This document shows, piece by piece, positions 1-7,498 of a stretch of DNA of 25,233 nt. Below the pieces are notes generated by a model. It was not told the origin of the DNA. It worked only from the letters and a program-made list of their open reading frames with translations, and ran no database searches. How positions within the stretch are numbered: position 1 is the stretch's first letter; each line of letters starts with the position of its first letter. The translations under genes were made by a program, and so were the position numbers. The stretch spans positions 1 to 25,233 of the forward strand of contig JBBIUY010000007.1 of NCBI GenBank assembly GCA_037440005.1, given 5' to 3'. The stretch is from Armatimonadota bacterium. GTDB taxonomy: Bacteria; Sysuimicrobiota; Sysuimicrobiia; Sysuimicrobiales; Kaftiobacteriaceae.

Positions 1-35
1 CGGGTGCACTCCAGACACCCACGGGAGGGGAGATC

Positions 36-167
36 ATGCGCAAGACGCTGGGAACCGTCGTCGCGATCGTTCTTCTGGCAGTGGCCGGTTCCGCCGCGCT
101 GTCCGCGGTGGGCCAGTACCTCGCGCCGGTGACCGTCGCCGGCGAGAACCTGCCTAACGGCAACTAG
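36..167 (+). CDS. 43-aa putative secreted signalling pro-peptide (MRKTLGTVVAIVLLAVAGSAALSAVGQYLAPVTVAGENLPNGN)
   Basis: Hand-translated; not in the ORF track. ATG at 36, TAG at 165-167, SD GGGAGGGG at 23-30. Basic N-terminus (MRK), hydrophobic core and Ala-rich cleavage region indicate a Sec-type signal peptide, followed by a short polar tail. Adjacent to an HTH-TPR gene. Confidence 0.75.
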   Translation: MRKTLGTVVAIVLLAVAGSAALSAVGQYLAPVTVAGENLPNGN

Positions 168-200
168 CGGGTAGAACACCGGGCGCCCGCCCCTCCGGCC

Positions 201-216
201 TGGCACCGCTCTTGCT
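201..216 (+). promoter_or_regulatory. sigma54 (RpoN) -24/-12 promoter motif
   Basis: TGGCAC-CGCTC-TTGCT matches TGGCAC-N5-TTGCW exactly (GG 202-203, GC 214-215, 10 nt between). Intergenic and oriented toward the HTH-TPR gene. Confidence 0.65.
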
Positions 217-240
217 CGGGCAGTACAGAAATGGTATCTT
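212..240 (+). promoter_or_regulatory. sigma70-type promoter with extended -10
   Basis: TTGCTC (212-217), 17-nt spacer, TG at 232-233, TATCTT (235-240). AT-rich patch in a very GC-rich background. Confidence 0.55.
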
Positions 241-301
241 TTCTCCACACGCCGGGCGGAACGCAGTATCCTCGCGCGGGGCTGCGCGGAGGAGGTGGCC
301 G

Positions 302-1612
302 ATGTCGCTGGGGCAGCGGATCCGCGAACTGCGGGAGTCGCGGGGTCTCACCCAGGCTCAGCTGGCCGGGCGGGAGTTCACCAAGGGGTTCATCAGCCTG
401 GTGGAGCGCGACCGGGCCAAGCCGTCGCTGGACAGCCTGGCGGTGCTGGCCCGGCGGCTGGGGACCTCGGTGGACGCCCTGCTGGCCGGGGAGGGCAATC
501 CCGCCGACATGGCGGCCCACGGGCTGCTGATCCTGGCCCGCAGCGCCGGCGGCCGGGGGGACCTGGCGGAGGCCGACCAGTACCTGGAGATGGCCGAGGT
601 CCTCGCCCGCCGGCACGGCCTGGGGGAAGTGGACCGGGAGATCCGGGTGCTGCGCGCGGAGCACGCGGTCGGTCGCCGGGACTATGACGCCGCGTGGGCG
701 GCCCTGGAGGACGCCCGGCCGGTGATGGAACGGGCCGGGGACCAGTGGCGGCTGGGCCGTGTGCTGAGCCTGATGGGTCTGGTCCAGCTGCGCCGCCGCA
801 ACTTTGCCGAGTCCCGCCAGCTGCTGGAGCAGGCCCTGCAGACCCTGCGGGCCGCGCGGGCGGGCCGTGATCCGGCCCGGGTGGACACGCTGATCTCCCT
901 GGGGACCGTCCTGACCTACCTGGGCCGCCTGGAGGAGGCCCGGCGCCGGTACGAGGAAGCGGCGACGTCCTACGTGGCCTCCCGCGACCTGCGGCTGCGG
1001 GGCAAGGCCCTGTGGGGCCTGGGCGCGGTGCTGCGCAACTTGAGGCAGTACGACGAGGCCCGCCGCTGCCTGCTGGATGCCCGCGACGCCTTCGAAGCCG
1101 CCGAAGATCTGGAGAACCTGATGCGGGTCACCCAGAACCTGGGGCGGGCGTTTGTGGAAGACGGCCACCCCCGCGAGGCTCTGCGCCACCTGGAGCAGGC
1201 CCTGCGGGTGGCCGACCGGCTCAACCGGCCCACCGACCGGGCCTCCATCCTCACGGAGCTGGCGCGGGCCTGGCACGCGGTGGGAGACCTGTCCCAGGCC
1301 CGGGAGGTGGCCGAGCGGGCGCTCCAGGCCGCCGAGAGCGCAGGCGACCCGGTGGAGGTGCTGGAGGCGAAGGTGGTCCTCAGCCGCGTGTTGCTGTCCT
1401 CCCGCCAGGTCCAGCCAGCGGTGGCGGCCCTGAAGGAGGCCGTGGCCGGGTTTGCCGCCCGCGACATGCGCCAGCGGCTGCGGGATCTGGCGCGGGAGTT
1501 CGGCCCGCTGCTGATCCGCCACGGGGCCCACGCGGAAGCCGCCGAACTGATGGTGCACGCTCTGGACGAGCTGGCCGCCGACGGGTCCCGCTCCACCACC
1601 GTCCGCCCGTAG
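302..1612 (+). CDS. XRE-family HTH + TPR-repeat transcriptional regulator (RRNPP/NprR-PlcR-like architecture), 436 aa
   Basis: ATG at 302 after SD GGAGGAGGT (288-296). N-terminal Cro/C1 HTH (LGQRIRELRESRGLTQAQLA...ISLVERDRAKPS), then about 8-9 helical TPR-like repeats of roughly 40 aa (e.g. LGRVLSLMGLVQLRRRNFAESRQLLEQAL; RVTQNLGRAFVEDGHPREALRHLEQAL). Confidence 0.9.
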   Translation: MSLGQRIRELRESRGLTQAQLAGREFTKGFISLVERDRAKPSLDSLAVLARRLGTSVDALLAGEGNPADMAAHGLLILARSAGGRGDLAEADQYLEMAEVLARRHGLGEVDREIRVLRAEHAVGRRDYDAAWAALEDARPVMERAGDQWRLGRVLSLMGLVQLRRRNFAESRQLLEQALQTLRAARAGRDPARVDTLISLGTVLTYLGRLEEARRRYEEAATSYVASRDLRLRGKALWGLGAVLRNLRQYDEARRCLLDARDAFEAAEDLENLMRVTQNLGRAFVEDGHPREALRHLEQALRVADRLNRPTDRASILTELARAWHAVGDLSQAREVAERALQAAESAGDPVEVLEAKVVLSRVLLSSRQVQPAVAALKEAVAGFAARDMRQRLRDLAREFGPLLIRHGAHAEAAELMVHALDELAADGSRSTTVRP

Positions 1613-1628
1613 ACTCCTCCCCTGCCGC

Positions 1629-1664
1629 CCGCCCCGCCCGGCCCGGCGCGCCCCGGCGGGGCGG
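1629..1664 (+). terminator. GC-rich hairpin after the regulator gene (possible terminator, no U-tract)
   Basis: 10-bp inverted repeat CCGCCCCGCC (1629-1638) / GGCGGGGCGG (1655-1664). Such repeats can arise by chance at this GC content. Confidence 0.3.
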
Positions 1665-1740
1665 AGGTCTGTCCGCCGGCGTCGAAACTGACCGCCGGGG
1701 ACAACCCCGGCACTGTGCCCGGGCCCCGGGAGGAACGGCC

Positions 1741-1893
1741 ATGGCGCGACGGTGGACCTGCGCGCTGGGACACCGGATTGAGGCGGACACCGAGGAGGAG
1801 CTGGTGCGCCGGGTGCAGGAGCACATGGCGCGCGAGCACGGCATGGAGGTGTCGGCGGACCGCATCCGCCGGGAGCTGCGCGAGGAGGACTGA
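1741..1893 (+). CDS. DUF1059-like small putative metal-binding protein, 50 aa
   Basis: SD GGGAGG at about 1728-1733, ATG at 1741. MARRWTCALGHRIEADTEEELVRRVQEHMAREHG resembles the DUF1059 pattern C...A-x-T-E-E-E-L...H-x4-H-G. Confidence 0.7.
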   Translation: MARRWTCALGHRIEADTEEELVRRVQEHMAREHGMEVSADRIRRELREED

Positions 1894-1909
1894 CCCGGGT
1901 CTTCGCCGG

Positions 1910-2767
1910 ATGCCCGTTCCTCCGCCCCTGCGCATCGGCCGGCGGGTGTTCGTCTGGGGCGCCCGGACCTACATCATGGGCGTCCTCAACGTCAGCCCCG
2001 ACTCTTTCGCCGGGGACGGCGTCGCCGATCCCGAGGCCGCCTGCGCCCGGGGGCGCGCCCTGGCCGCCGAGGGCGCCGACATCCTGGACGTCGGCGGCGT
2101 CTCCACCCGCCCCGGAGCGCCGCCGGTGCCGCTGGAGCAGGAGCTGGCGCGGGTGCTCCCGGTGGTCCGCCGGCTGGCCGGCGAGCTGGACATCCCCCTG
2201 TCGGTGGACACGACCCGGGCGGAAGTCGCCCGGCAGGCGGTGGAGGCGGGCGCGGCGCTGGTCAACGACGTCAGCGCCCTGCGGGCGGACCCGGCGATGG
2301 CCGACGTGGTGGCCGCCGCGGGCGTTCCAGTCGTCCTCATGCACGGGTACCCGCCCCCCGCCGGCGCGCCGGGGGACGACCTGATGGCGGAGGTCGTGGG
2401 CTTTCTGCGGGAGCGGGTGCAGTTCGCCGTCGGCCGGGGCATCTCCGAGTCGCGGATTCTCGTGGACCCGGGTTTTGGCTTCGGCAAGACGGCGGAGCGC
2501 AACCTGGAGCTGCTGCGCCGCCTGGGCGAGCTGCGCGTATTGGGACGGCCGGTGGTGGTGGGGACCTCCCGCAAGGGCACCATCGGGCGCGTGCTGGGCG
2601 GGTTGGCGCCCGGGGAGAGGGACGAGGGCACGGCCGCCACGGTGGCCGTGGCCATCGTGGGGGGAGCGGACGTGGTGCGGGTGCACAACGTGCGGGCGAT
2701 GAGCCGGGTCGCCCGCATGACCGACGCCATCGTCCGGGGCTGGTCCGGCGGGCCGGCGGTCGCGTGA
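1910..2767 (+). CDS. folP: dihydropteroate synthase
   Basis: Motifs MGVLNVSPDSF, DVGGVSTRPG, SVDT, NDVS, LMH, DPGFGFGK, GTSRK, RVHNV. Start placed at ATG 1910; exact start uncertain. Confidence 0.95.
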   Translation: MPVPPPLRIGRRVFVWGARTYIMGVLNVSPDSFAGDGVADPEAACARGRALAAEGADILDVGGVSTRPGAPPVPLEQELARVLPVVRRLAGELDIPLSVDTTRAEVARQAVEAGAALVNDVSALRADPAMADVVAAAGVPVVLMHGYPPPAGAPGDDLMAEVVGFLRERVQFAVGRGISESRILVDPGFGFGKTAERNLELLRRLGELRVLGRPVVVGTSRKGTIGRVLGGLAPGERDEGTAATVAVAIVGGADVVRVHNVRAMSRVARMTDAIVRGWSGGPAVA

Positions 2768-2874
2768 CCGCCGAGGCGCCGGCGGAGCGGCGGGAGGGCG
2801 GTCGCGCCGGAGCAGAGAAAGTCGCACCGGGAGGACGCGTCGGTCCGCTCGCCTCCCGGATCGAGGTGCCGGTC

Positions 2875-3222
2875 GTGACCACACCCCGCGGCGTGGTGAA
2901 CCCCAAGCTCAAAGACCCTCTGGTGGACCGGTTCTTCCAGGCGGTGCTGTCGCTGCGCACGCCCGAGGAGTGCTACCGCTTCTTTGAGGACGTGTGCACC
3001 GTGGCCGAGATCAAGGCCATGGCCCAGCGGCTGGAGATCGCCCGGCTGCTGTTCCAGGGGCACACCTACGACGACGTGGCCCGGCGGACCGGGGCCAGCA
3101 GCGCCACCATCAGCCGGGTGCGGCGCTTTCTGGAGTACGGGGCCGACGGGTACCGGCTGGTGCTGGAGCGCCTGGGCGTCCGCCCCCGGCGCGTCGCCCC
3201 CCCCTCCCGCTCCAGGGGTTGA
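2875..3222 (+). CDS. TrpR-like YerC/YecD-family regulator (HisR candidate)
   Basis: LSLRTPEECYRFFEDVCTVAEIKAMAQRLEIARLL...TYDDVARRTGASSATISRVRRFLEYG is the YerC/TrpR-like signature. GTG at 2875 follows SD GAGGTG (2863-2868); the track start at 2764 is probably over-extended. Confidence 0.9.
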   Translation: MTTPRGVVNPKLKDPLVDRFFQAVLSLRTPEECYRFFEDVCTVAEIKAMAQRLEIARLLFQGHTYDDVARRTGASSATISRVRRFLEYGADGYRLVLERLGVRPRRVAPPSRSRG

Positions 3223-3247
3223 CACCGTCCCCGCCGCGTGCTAGTCT
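3219..3247 (+). promoter_or_regulatory. sigma70 promoter of the his operon
   Basis: Consensus TTGACA (3219-3224, overlapping the upstream stop codon), 17-nt spacer, extended -10 TG-C-TAGTCT (3239-3247). Confidence 0.85.
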
Positions 3248-3265
3248 GACCTTCAGTTTCCGACG

Positions 3266-3289
3266 CTAGTAATTTAGCTAACTAAAGAA
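3266..3289. promoter_or_regulatory. palindromic operator downstream of the his promoter (putative YerC/HisR site)
   Basis: AT-rich TAATTTAGCTAACTAAAGAA (3270-3289) with a perfect TTTAG-N4-CTAAA inverted repeat (3273-3286). YTAR boxes at 3266, 3274 and 3282 are spaced 8 bp apart. Confidence 0.7.
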
Positions 3290-3323
3290 GCAAACCCTTT
3301 CCCCAGGAGGCGGGCGGTCCATC

Positions 3324-4598
3324 GTGCGGGTGCGCGGGACACAGTCCACCCGGTGGCAGCGGGTCCCCGAAGGCTATCGCGACCTGGTGCCCCCCGAGGC
3401 GGCCTGGCGGGCCGAGCTGGCTGGACGGCTGCGGCAGGTGTGCGCGAGGTGGGGCTACCGGGAGGTCAGCACGCCGACCCTGGAGTTCCTGGACACCTTT
3501 CAGCACGGGGCCGGGCCGGGGATCCAGGACCAGCTCATCAAGATCGTGGACGGGGCGGACCTGCTGGCGCTGCGGCCCGAGATGACCGTCCCCATCGCGC
3601 GGCTGGCCGCCACCCGCCTGCTGCCGGAGGCGGGTGGACCGCTGCGCCTGTCCTACGTGGCACCGGTCTTCCGCGTCCAGGAGCCCGGCCGGGGGCGGAT
3701 GCGGGAGTTCACCCAGGCCGGCGTGGAGTTGCTGGGGGTGGCCGGCGCCGACGGCGACGCGGAGGTCATCGCCCTGGCGGTGGCCTGCCTGGCGGAGCTC
3801 GGCGCCTCCGACGTGGTCGTGCACGTCGGCCACCTGGGATTTTTGGCCGAGGTGCTGGCCGACCTGCCGCCCTCCCAGCAGGAGGAGGTGCGCGCGCGCC
3901 TGTACCGGCGGGACTACGTGGGGGTGGCGGAGGTCGCCGGCGGCGCGGCGGGACGGCTGCTGCGGGCCCTGCCGGAGTGGCACGGCCCCGGGGCGCTGGA
4001 GAAGGCCCGCGCCCTGGCGGCGTCTTCCGCCGGCCGGGCGGCCCTGGACGAGCTGGCGGAGGTGGTGGAGCTGCTGGAGGCGTACGGCGCGGCCGGCGCG
4101 GTGGAGGTGGACCTGGGAATCGTCCGGGACTTCAGCTACTACACGGGGGTGGTGTTCGAGGCGCTGGGGCCCAGGGCCCCCGTGCCCGTGCTGGGCGGAG
4201 GGCGCTACGACGGGCTGCTGGCCCGCTTCGGCGCGGACTGTCCGGCCAGCGGATTCGCCCTGGGCCTGGAGGTGGTCATGTCGCTGGTACCGGCTCCCCC
4301 GCAGGCCCGCACCGACGTCGTCGTGCTGGTCGACCGGGCGTCCCGCACGCGGGCGGCGGCGCTGGCGGCCGGGCTGCGCCGCGCCGGGCGGCGGGTGGTG
4401 ACGGCGCCGGGTGCGAGCGGGCCGCAGGCCCGGGCTCTGGCGGTGCGGGAAGGCGCGGCGGTGCTCGCGTGGTGGGACGGCGAGGACCTGTGGGTGGAAG
4501 ACGTGGCCACGGGGCGGCGGGAGCGCGGCACTGCCCGCTGGCTGGCCGGGACCCTGGCGGCCCGGGCCGCGGAGGCGGGGGCACCGTGGGGACACTGA
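3324..4598 (+). CDS. hisZ: ATP phosphoribosyltransferase regulatory subunit
   Basis: HisRS-like motifs (PEGYRD, LRPEMT, REFTQAGVE, YYTG, GGRYD). Lies upstream of a short-form hisG; SD AGGAGG at 3305-3310. Confidence 0.92.
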   Translation: MRVRGTQSTRWQRVPEGYRDLVPPEAAWRAELAGRLRQVCARWGYREVSTPTLEFLDTFQHGAGPGIQDQLIKIVDGADLLALRPEMTVPIARLAATRLLPEAGGPLRLSYVAPVFRVQEPGRGRMREFTQAGVELLGVAGADGDAEVIALAVACLAELGASDVVVHVGHLGFLAEVLADLPPSQQEEVRARLYRRDYVGVAEVAGGAAGRLLRALPEWHGPGALEKARALAASSAGRAALDELAEVVELLEAYGAAGAVEVDLGIVRDFSYYTGVVFEALGPRAPVPVLGGGRYDGLLARFGADCPASGFALGLEVVMSLVPAPPQARTDVVVLVDRASRTRAAALAAGLRRAGRRVVTAPGASGPQARALAVREGAAVLAWWDGEDLWVEDVATGRRERGTARWLAGTLAARAAEAGAPWGH

Positions 4599-5215
4599 CC
4601 CTGGCCGTCCCCACGGGCCGCCTGTTCGACGACGCGCTGGGCTACCTGCGGCGGGCGGCGCTGGTCCACACCCTGCCCGACGAGCGCAGCCTGCTGGTGG
4701 ACGCCGGCGGCGGTCTGCGGTTGCTCATCAGCAAGCCGGTGGACATCCCCACCTTCGTGGAGCAGGGGGCGGCCGACGCCGGCATCGTGGGCAAGGACGT
4801 GCTGCTGGAGCTGGAGCGGGACGTCTACGAGCTGGTGGACCTGGGGTTCGGCGCCTGCCGGGGCGTGGTGGCCCTGCCGGCCGGCTCCGCCGCCACCCTG
4901 TGGCAGCCCGGCCGCATGCTGCGCATCGCCACCAAATACCCCCGGATCGCCGCTCGGTACTTCGCAGGACAGGGACGCCCGGTGGAGATCGTCCACCTGC
5001 ACGGGTCGGTGGAGCTGGCGCCCCGGGTGGGGCTGGCCGACGGGATCCTGGACGTGGTGATGACCGGCCGGACCCTGCGGGACAACCTCCTGGAGGAGGT
5101 GGCGGAGGTCTTCCGGTCCACGGCCCGGCTGGTGGTGAACCGGGTGAGCCTGCGGACCCGGCAGGACCGGCTGCGGCCTCTAATGCGGGCGCTGCAGGCG
5201 GGGGTGGCGCGGTGA
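4586..5215 (+). CDS. hisG: ATP phosphoribosyltransferase, short form (209 aa)
   Basis: GTG at 4586 after GGAGG. Motifs AVPTGRL, KPVDIPTFVEQGAADAGIVGKD, IATKYP, GSVELAP, DVVMTGRTLRDN. No C-terminal regulatory domain. Confidence 0.95.
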   Translation: MGTLTLAVPTGRLFDDALGYLRRAALVHTLPDERSLLVDAGGGLRLLISKPVDIPTFVEQGAADAGIVGKDVLLELERDVYELVDLGFGACRGVVALPAGSAATLWQPGRMLRIATKYPRIAARYFAGQGRPVEIVHLHGSVELAPRVGLADGILDVVMTGRTLRDNLLEEVAEVFRSTARLVVNRVSLRTRQDRLRPLMRALQAGVAR

Positions 5216-6288
5216 GCGTGCTCGGACAGTCTCCGCGGGCGCGTCCGGAGATCCAGGCCCTGGGGGCCTACCGGCTGGCCGGAGGGGAGTCCGCCCCGGT
5301 CAAGCTCAACCAGAACGAGTGCCCGCACGACTGGCCGGAGGAGGTGAAGGCCGAGGTCGCCCGCCGGCTGCTCTCCCGTCCGTGGAACCGCTATCCGCCC
5401 CTGGACGGCCGGGCGGTGCGGGAGGCGCTGGGGCGCTCCTGCGGGGTGGACCCGGAGATGGTGGCGGTGACCAGCGGGTCCAACGAGGCCCTGCTGGCGC
5501 TGGTGCAGGCGTTCGCCTGCGGCCGCCGGGTCGTCCTGGTCCGTCCCGGGTATTCGCTGTCGGTCTCGCTGGCCGTGGTGGGCGGGGCGGCGGTGCAGGC
5601 GGTCCCCCTGCGGGAGGATTTCGGCCTCGACGTGCCGGCGATGGCGCAGGCGGTCAGCGACCCGGACGTGGCCCTCACCTACCTGGCGTCCCCCAACAAC
5701 CCCACGGGTGTGGCCTTTGCCCGGGAGGACCTGCTGGCAGTCCTGGACGCCGCCCGGGGGCTGGTGGTGCTCGACGAGGCCTACGCCGACTTCGCCGGGC
5801 AGTCGCTGGTGCTCGCGGTGCGGGAGCACCCGCACCTGGCCGTGCTGCGCACCTTCTCCAAGGCTTTCGGCCTGGCCGGGGCGCGGGTGGGGTGGGTGGT
5901 GGCGCGCCCGGAGGTGATCGCCGCCGTCCGCGCGGCGCTGCCTCCGTACAATCTCAACCTGTTCGCCCAGGAAGCCGCCCTGGCCGTCCTGGCCTACCCC
6001 GACCTGGTCTCGGCCCGGGTGGCGCAGGTGGTCCGCGAACGCCAGAGGGTCTACCGGGCCCTGCAGCGCCTGGACGGCGTGCAGCCGTACCCGTCACAGG
6101 CCAACTTCATCCTGTTCCGGACGCCGCTGCCGGCGCCGGTGGTGCTACAGCGCCTGCTGGCCCACGGGGTCCTGGTGCGGGACGTCTCCGGCCAGCCCGG
6201 GCTGGAGCGCTGCCTGCGGGTGACCGTCGGCTCGCCGGAGGAGAACGACCGGTTCCTGGACGCCCTGGCCCGGAGCGTGACGCCGTGA
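5212..6288 (+). CDS. hisC: histidinol-phosphate aminotransferase
   Basis: GTGA overlap with hisG. Motifs KLNQNE, NRYP, PNNPTG, DEAY, RTFSKAFGLAGARVG (PLP lysine), LRVTVG. Confidence 0.93.
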   Translation: MSVLGQSPRARPEIQALGAYRLAGGESAPVKLNQNECPHDWPEEVKAEVARRLLSRPWNRYPPLDGRAVREALGRSCGVDPEMVAVTSGSNEALLALVQAFACGRRVVLVRPGYSLSVSLAVVGGAAVQAVPLREDFGLDVPAMAQAVSDPDVALTYLASPNNPTGVAFAREDLLAVLDAARGLVVLDEAYADFAGQSLVLAVREHPHLAVLRTFSKAFGLAGARVGWVVARPEVIAAVRAALPPYNLNLFAQEAALAVLAYPDLVSARVAQVVRERQRVYRALQRLDGVQPYPSQANFILFRTPLPAPVVLQRLLAHGVLVRDVSGQPGLERCLRVTVGSPEENDRFLDALARSVTP

Positions 6289-6872
6289 GCCGGATCGGGC
6301 GGGTGGCCCGCCGCACGACGGAGACCGACGTGCAGGTCGCGCTGGACCTGGACGGATCCGGCGAGGTGTCGGCGGACACGGGGGTGCCGTTCTTCGACCA
6401 CATGCTGGCCCAGCTGGCCGTCCACGGGCGGCTGGACCTGCAGGTGCGGGCGCGGGGCGACCTGGCCACAGACCCCCACCACACGGTGGAGGACGTGGGG
6501 CTGGCCCTGGGGCAGGCGCTGCGCCAGGCGGTGGGCGACGGACGGGGGATCGCCCGGTTCGGCTCGGCGCACGCGCCCATGGACGACGCGCTGGTCCTGG
6601 CCGCGGTGGACGTGAGCGGCCGTCCCTACCTGCACTACGGGCTGGAGGTGGGCCGGGCGGTCCTGGGGACGTTCGCCGCCGACCTGGCGGAGGAGTTCTT
6701 CCGGGCCCTGGCCTCCTCCGCCGCGGTCACGCTGCACCTGGTGCAGGTGCACGGCCGCAGTCCCCACCACATCATCGAGGCCGCCTTCAAGGGGACCGGG
6801 ATCGCCCTCCACCTGGCCACCCGCATTACCGGAGGCGGCGTCCCGTCCACCAAGGGAGTGCTGGGCCCGTGA
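6285..6872 (+). CDS. hisB: imidazoleglycerol-phosphate dehydratase (monofunctional)
   Basis: RRTTETD, TGVPFFDHML, HHTVED, HHIIEA, PSTKG. No N-terminal phosphatase domain. Confidence 0.96.
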   Translation: MSRIGRVARRTTETDVQVALDLDGSGEVSADTGVPFFDHMLAQLAVHGRLDLQVRARGDLATDPHHTVEDVGLALGQALRQAVGDGRGIARFGSAHAPMDDALVLAAVDVSGRPYLHYGLEVGRAVLGTFAADLAEEFFRALASSAAVTLHLVQVHGRSPHHIIEAAFKGTGIALHLATRITGGGVPSTKGVLGP

Positions 6873-7498
6873 TCCGGGCGGTCCTGCTGGATTACGGCGC
6901 GGGCAACCTTTGCAGCCTCGCCCGGGCGCTGGCGACGGCGGGGGCGGCGGTGGCCGTGCGGGAGGCTCCTGGTCGCTGGGACGGAGAGGTCCTGGTCCTG
7001 CCGGGCGTGGGCCACTTCGGCGCGGCGGCCCGCCGGCTGCGCCAGACGGGCCTGTGGGAGTGGGTGGCGGAAGTGGTGGCGGCGGGCGCGCCGCTGGTGG
7101 GCGTCTGCCTGGGGATGCAGTTGCTGTATCGGTCCAGCGAGGAAAGCCCCGGCGTGGACGGTCTGGGCCTGCTGCGGGGAACGGTGCGTCGGCTGCCGGA
7201 GGGGGTGAAGGTCCCCCACATGGGCTGGAACCTCCTGCGGCCGGTCCGGGCGTCGGAGGTCCTGGAGGGAATCACCGACCCCGCCTACGTGTACTACGCG
7301 CACTCCTACGCGGCGGAGCCGTGCTCCGACGCGGTGGCCGTCACCGAGTACGGGGCGGAGTTCGCCGCGGTGGTGCGGCGGGGGGCGGTGGTCGGCCTGC
7401 AGTTCCACCCGGAGAAGAGCGGATCCGTGGGACTGCGCATCCTCCATAACGCCCTGCACGCCCTGGCCGCGTCCGGGGCCGCCCGGAGCGGACCATGA
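6869..7498 (+). CDS. hisH: imidazole glycerol phosphate synthase, glutaminase subunit
   Basis: DYGAGN, LPGVG, GVCLGMQ, PHMGWN, QFHPEKS. Confidence 0.96.
   Translation: MIRAVLLDYGAGNLCSLARALATAGAAVAVREAPGRWDGEVLVLPGVGHFGAAARRLRQTGLWEWVAEVVAAGAPLVGVCLGMQLLYRSSEESPGVDGLGLLRGTVRRLPEGVKVPHMGWNLLRPVRASEVLEGITDPAYVYYAHSYAAEPCSDAVAVTEYGAEFAAVVRRGAVVGLQFHPEKSGSVGLRILHNALHALAASGAARSGP

Noticed and set aside
212..301. Track start of the regulator at TTG 212
   Set aside because: The extension overlaps promoter motifs; the strong SD and the HTH domain start point to ATG 302.
1670..1740. Hairpin CCGGGG-ACAA-CCCCGG and palindrome GGCACTGTGCC upstream of DUF1059/folP, considered as a ZTP, THF or guanidine-II riboswitch
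   Set aside because: Lacks the ZTP and THF core motifs; the loop is ACAA rather than ACGR and there is no twin hairpin.
1910..2767. folP as a sul-type sulfonamide resistance gene
   Set aside because: Ordinary DPGFGFGK motif without the Sul-type insertion; host-like codon usage; no mobile context.
2827..2859. CCGGGAGG/CCTCCCGG hairpin before the yerC-like SD
   Set aside because: An 8-bp GC stem with no U-tract is expected by chance at this GC content; no function can be supported.
3248..3323. His attenuator leader peptide or T-box
   Set aside because: No His-codon run, no T-box motif, and the leader is too short.
3324..4598. hisS (histidyl-tRNA synthetase) instead of hisZ
   Set aside because: It overlaps a short-form hisG, which requires HisZ, and the C-terminal region is degenerate.
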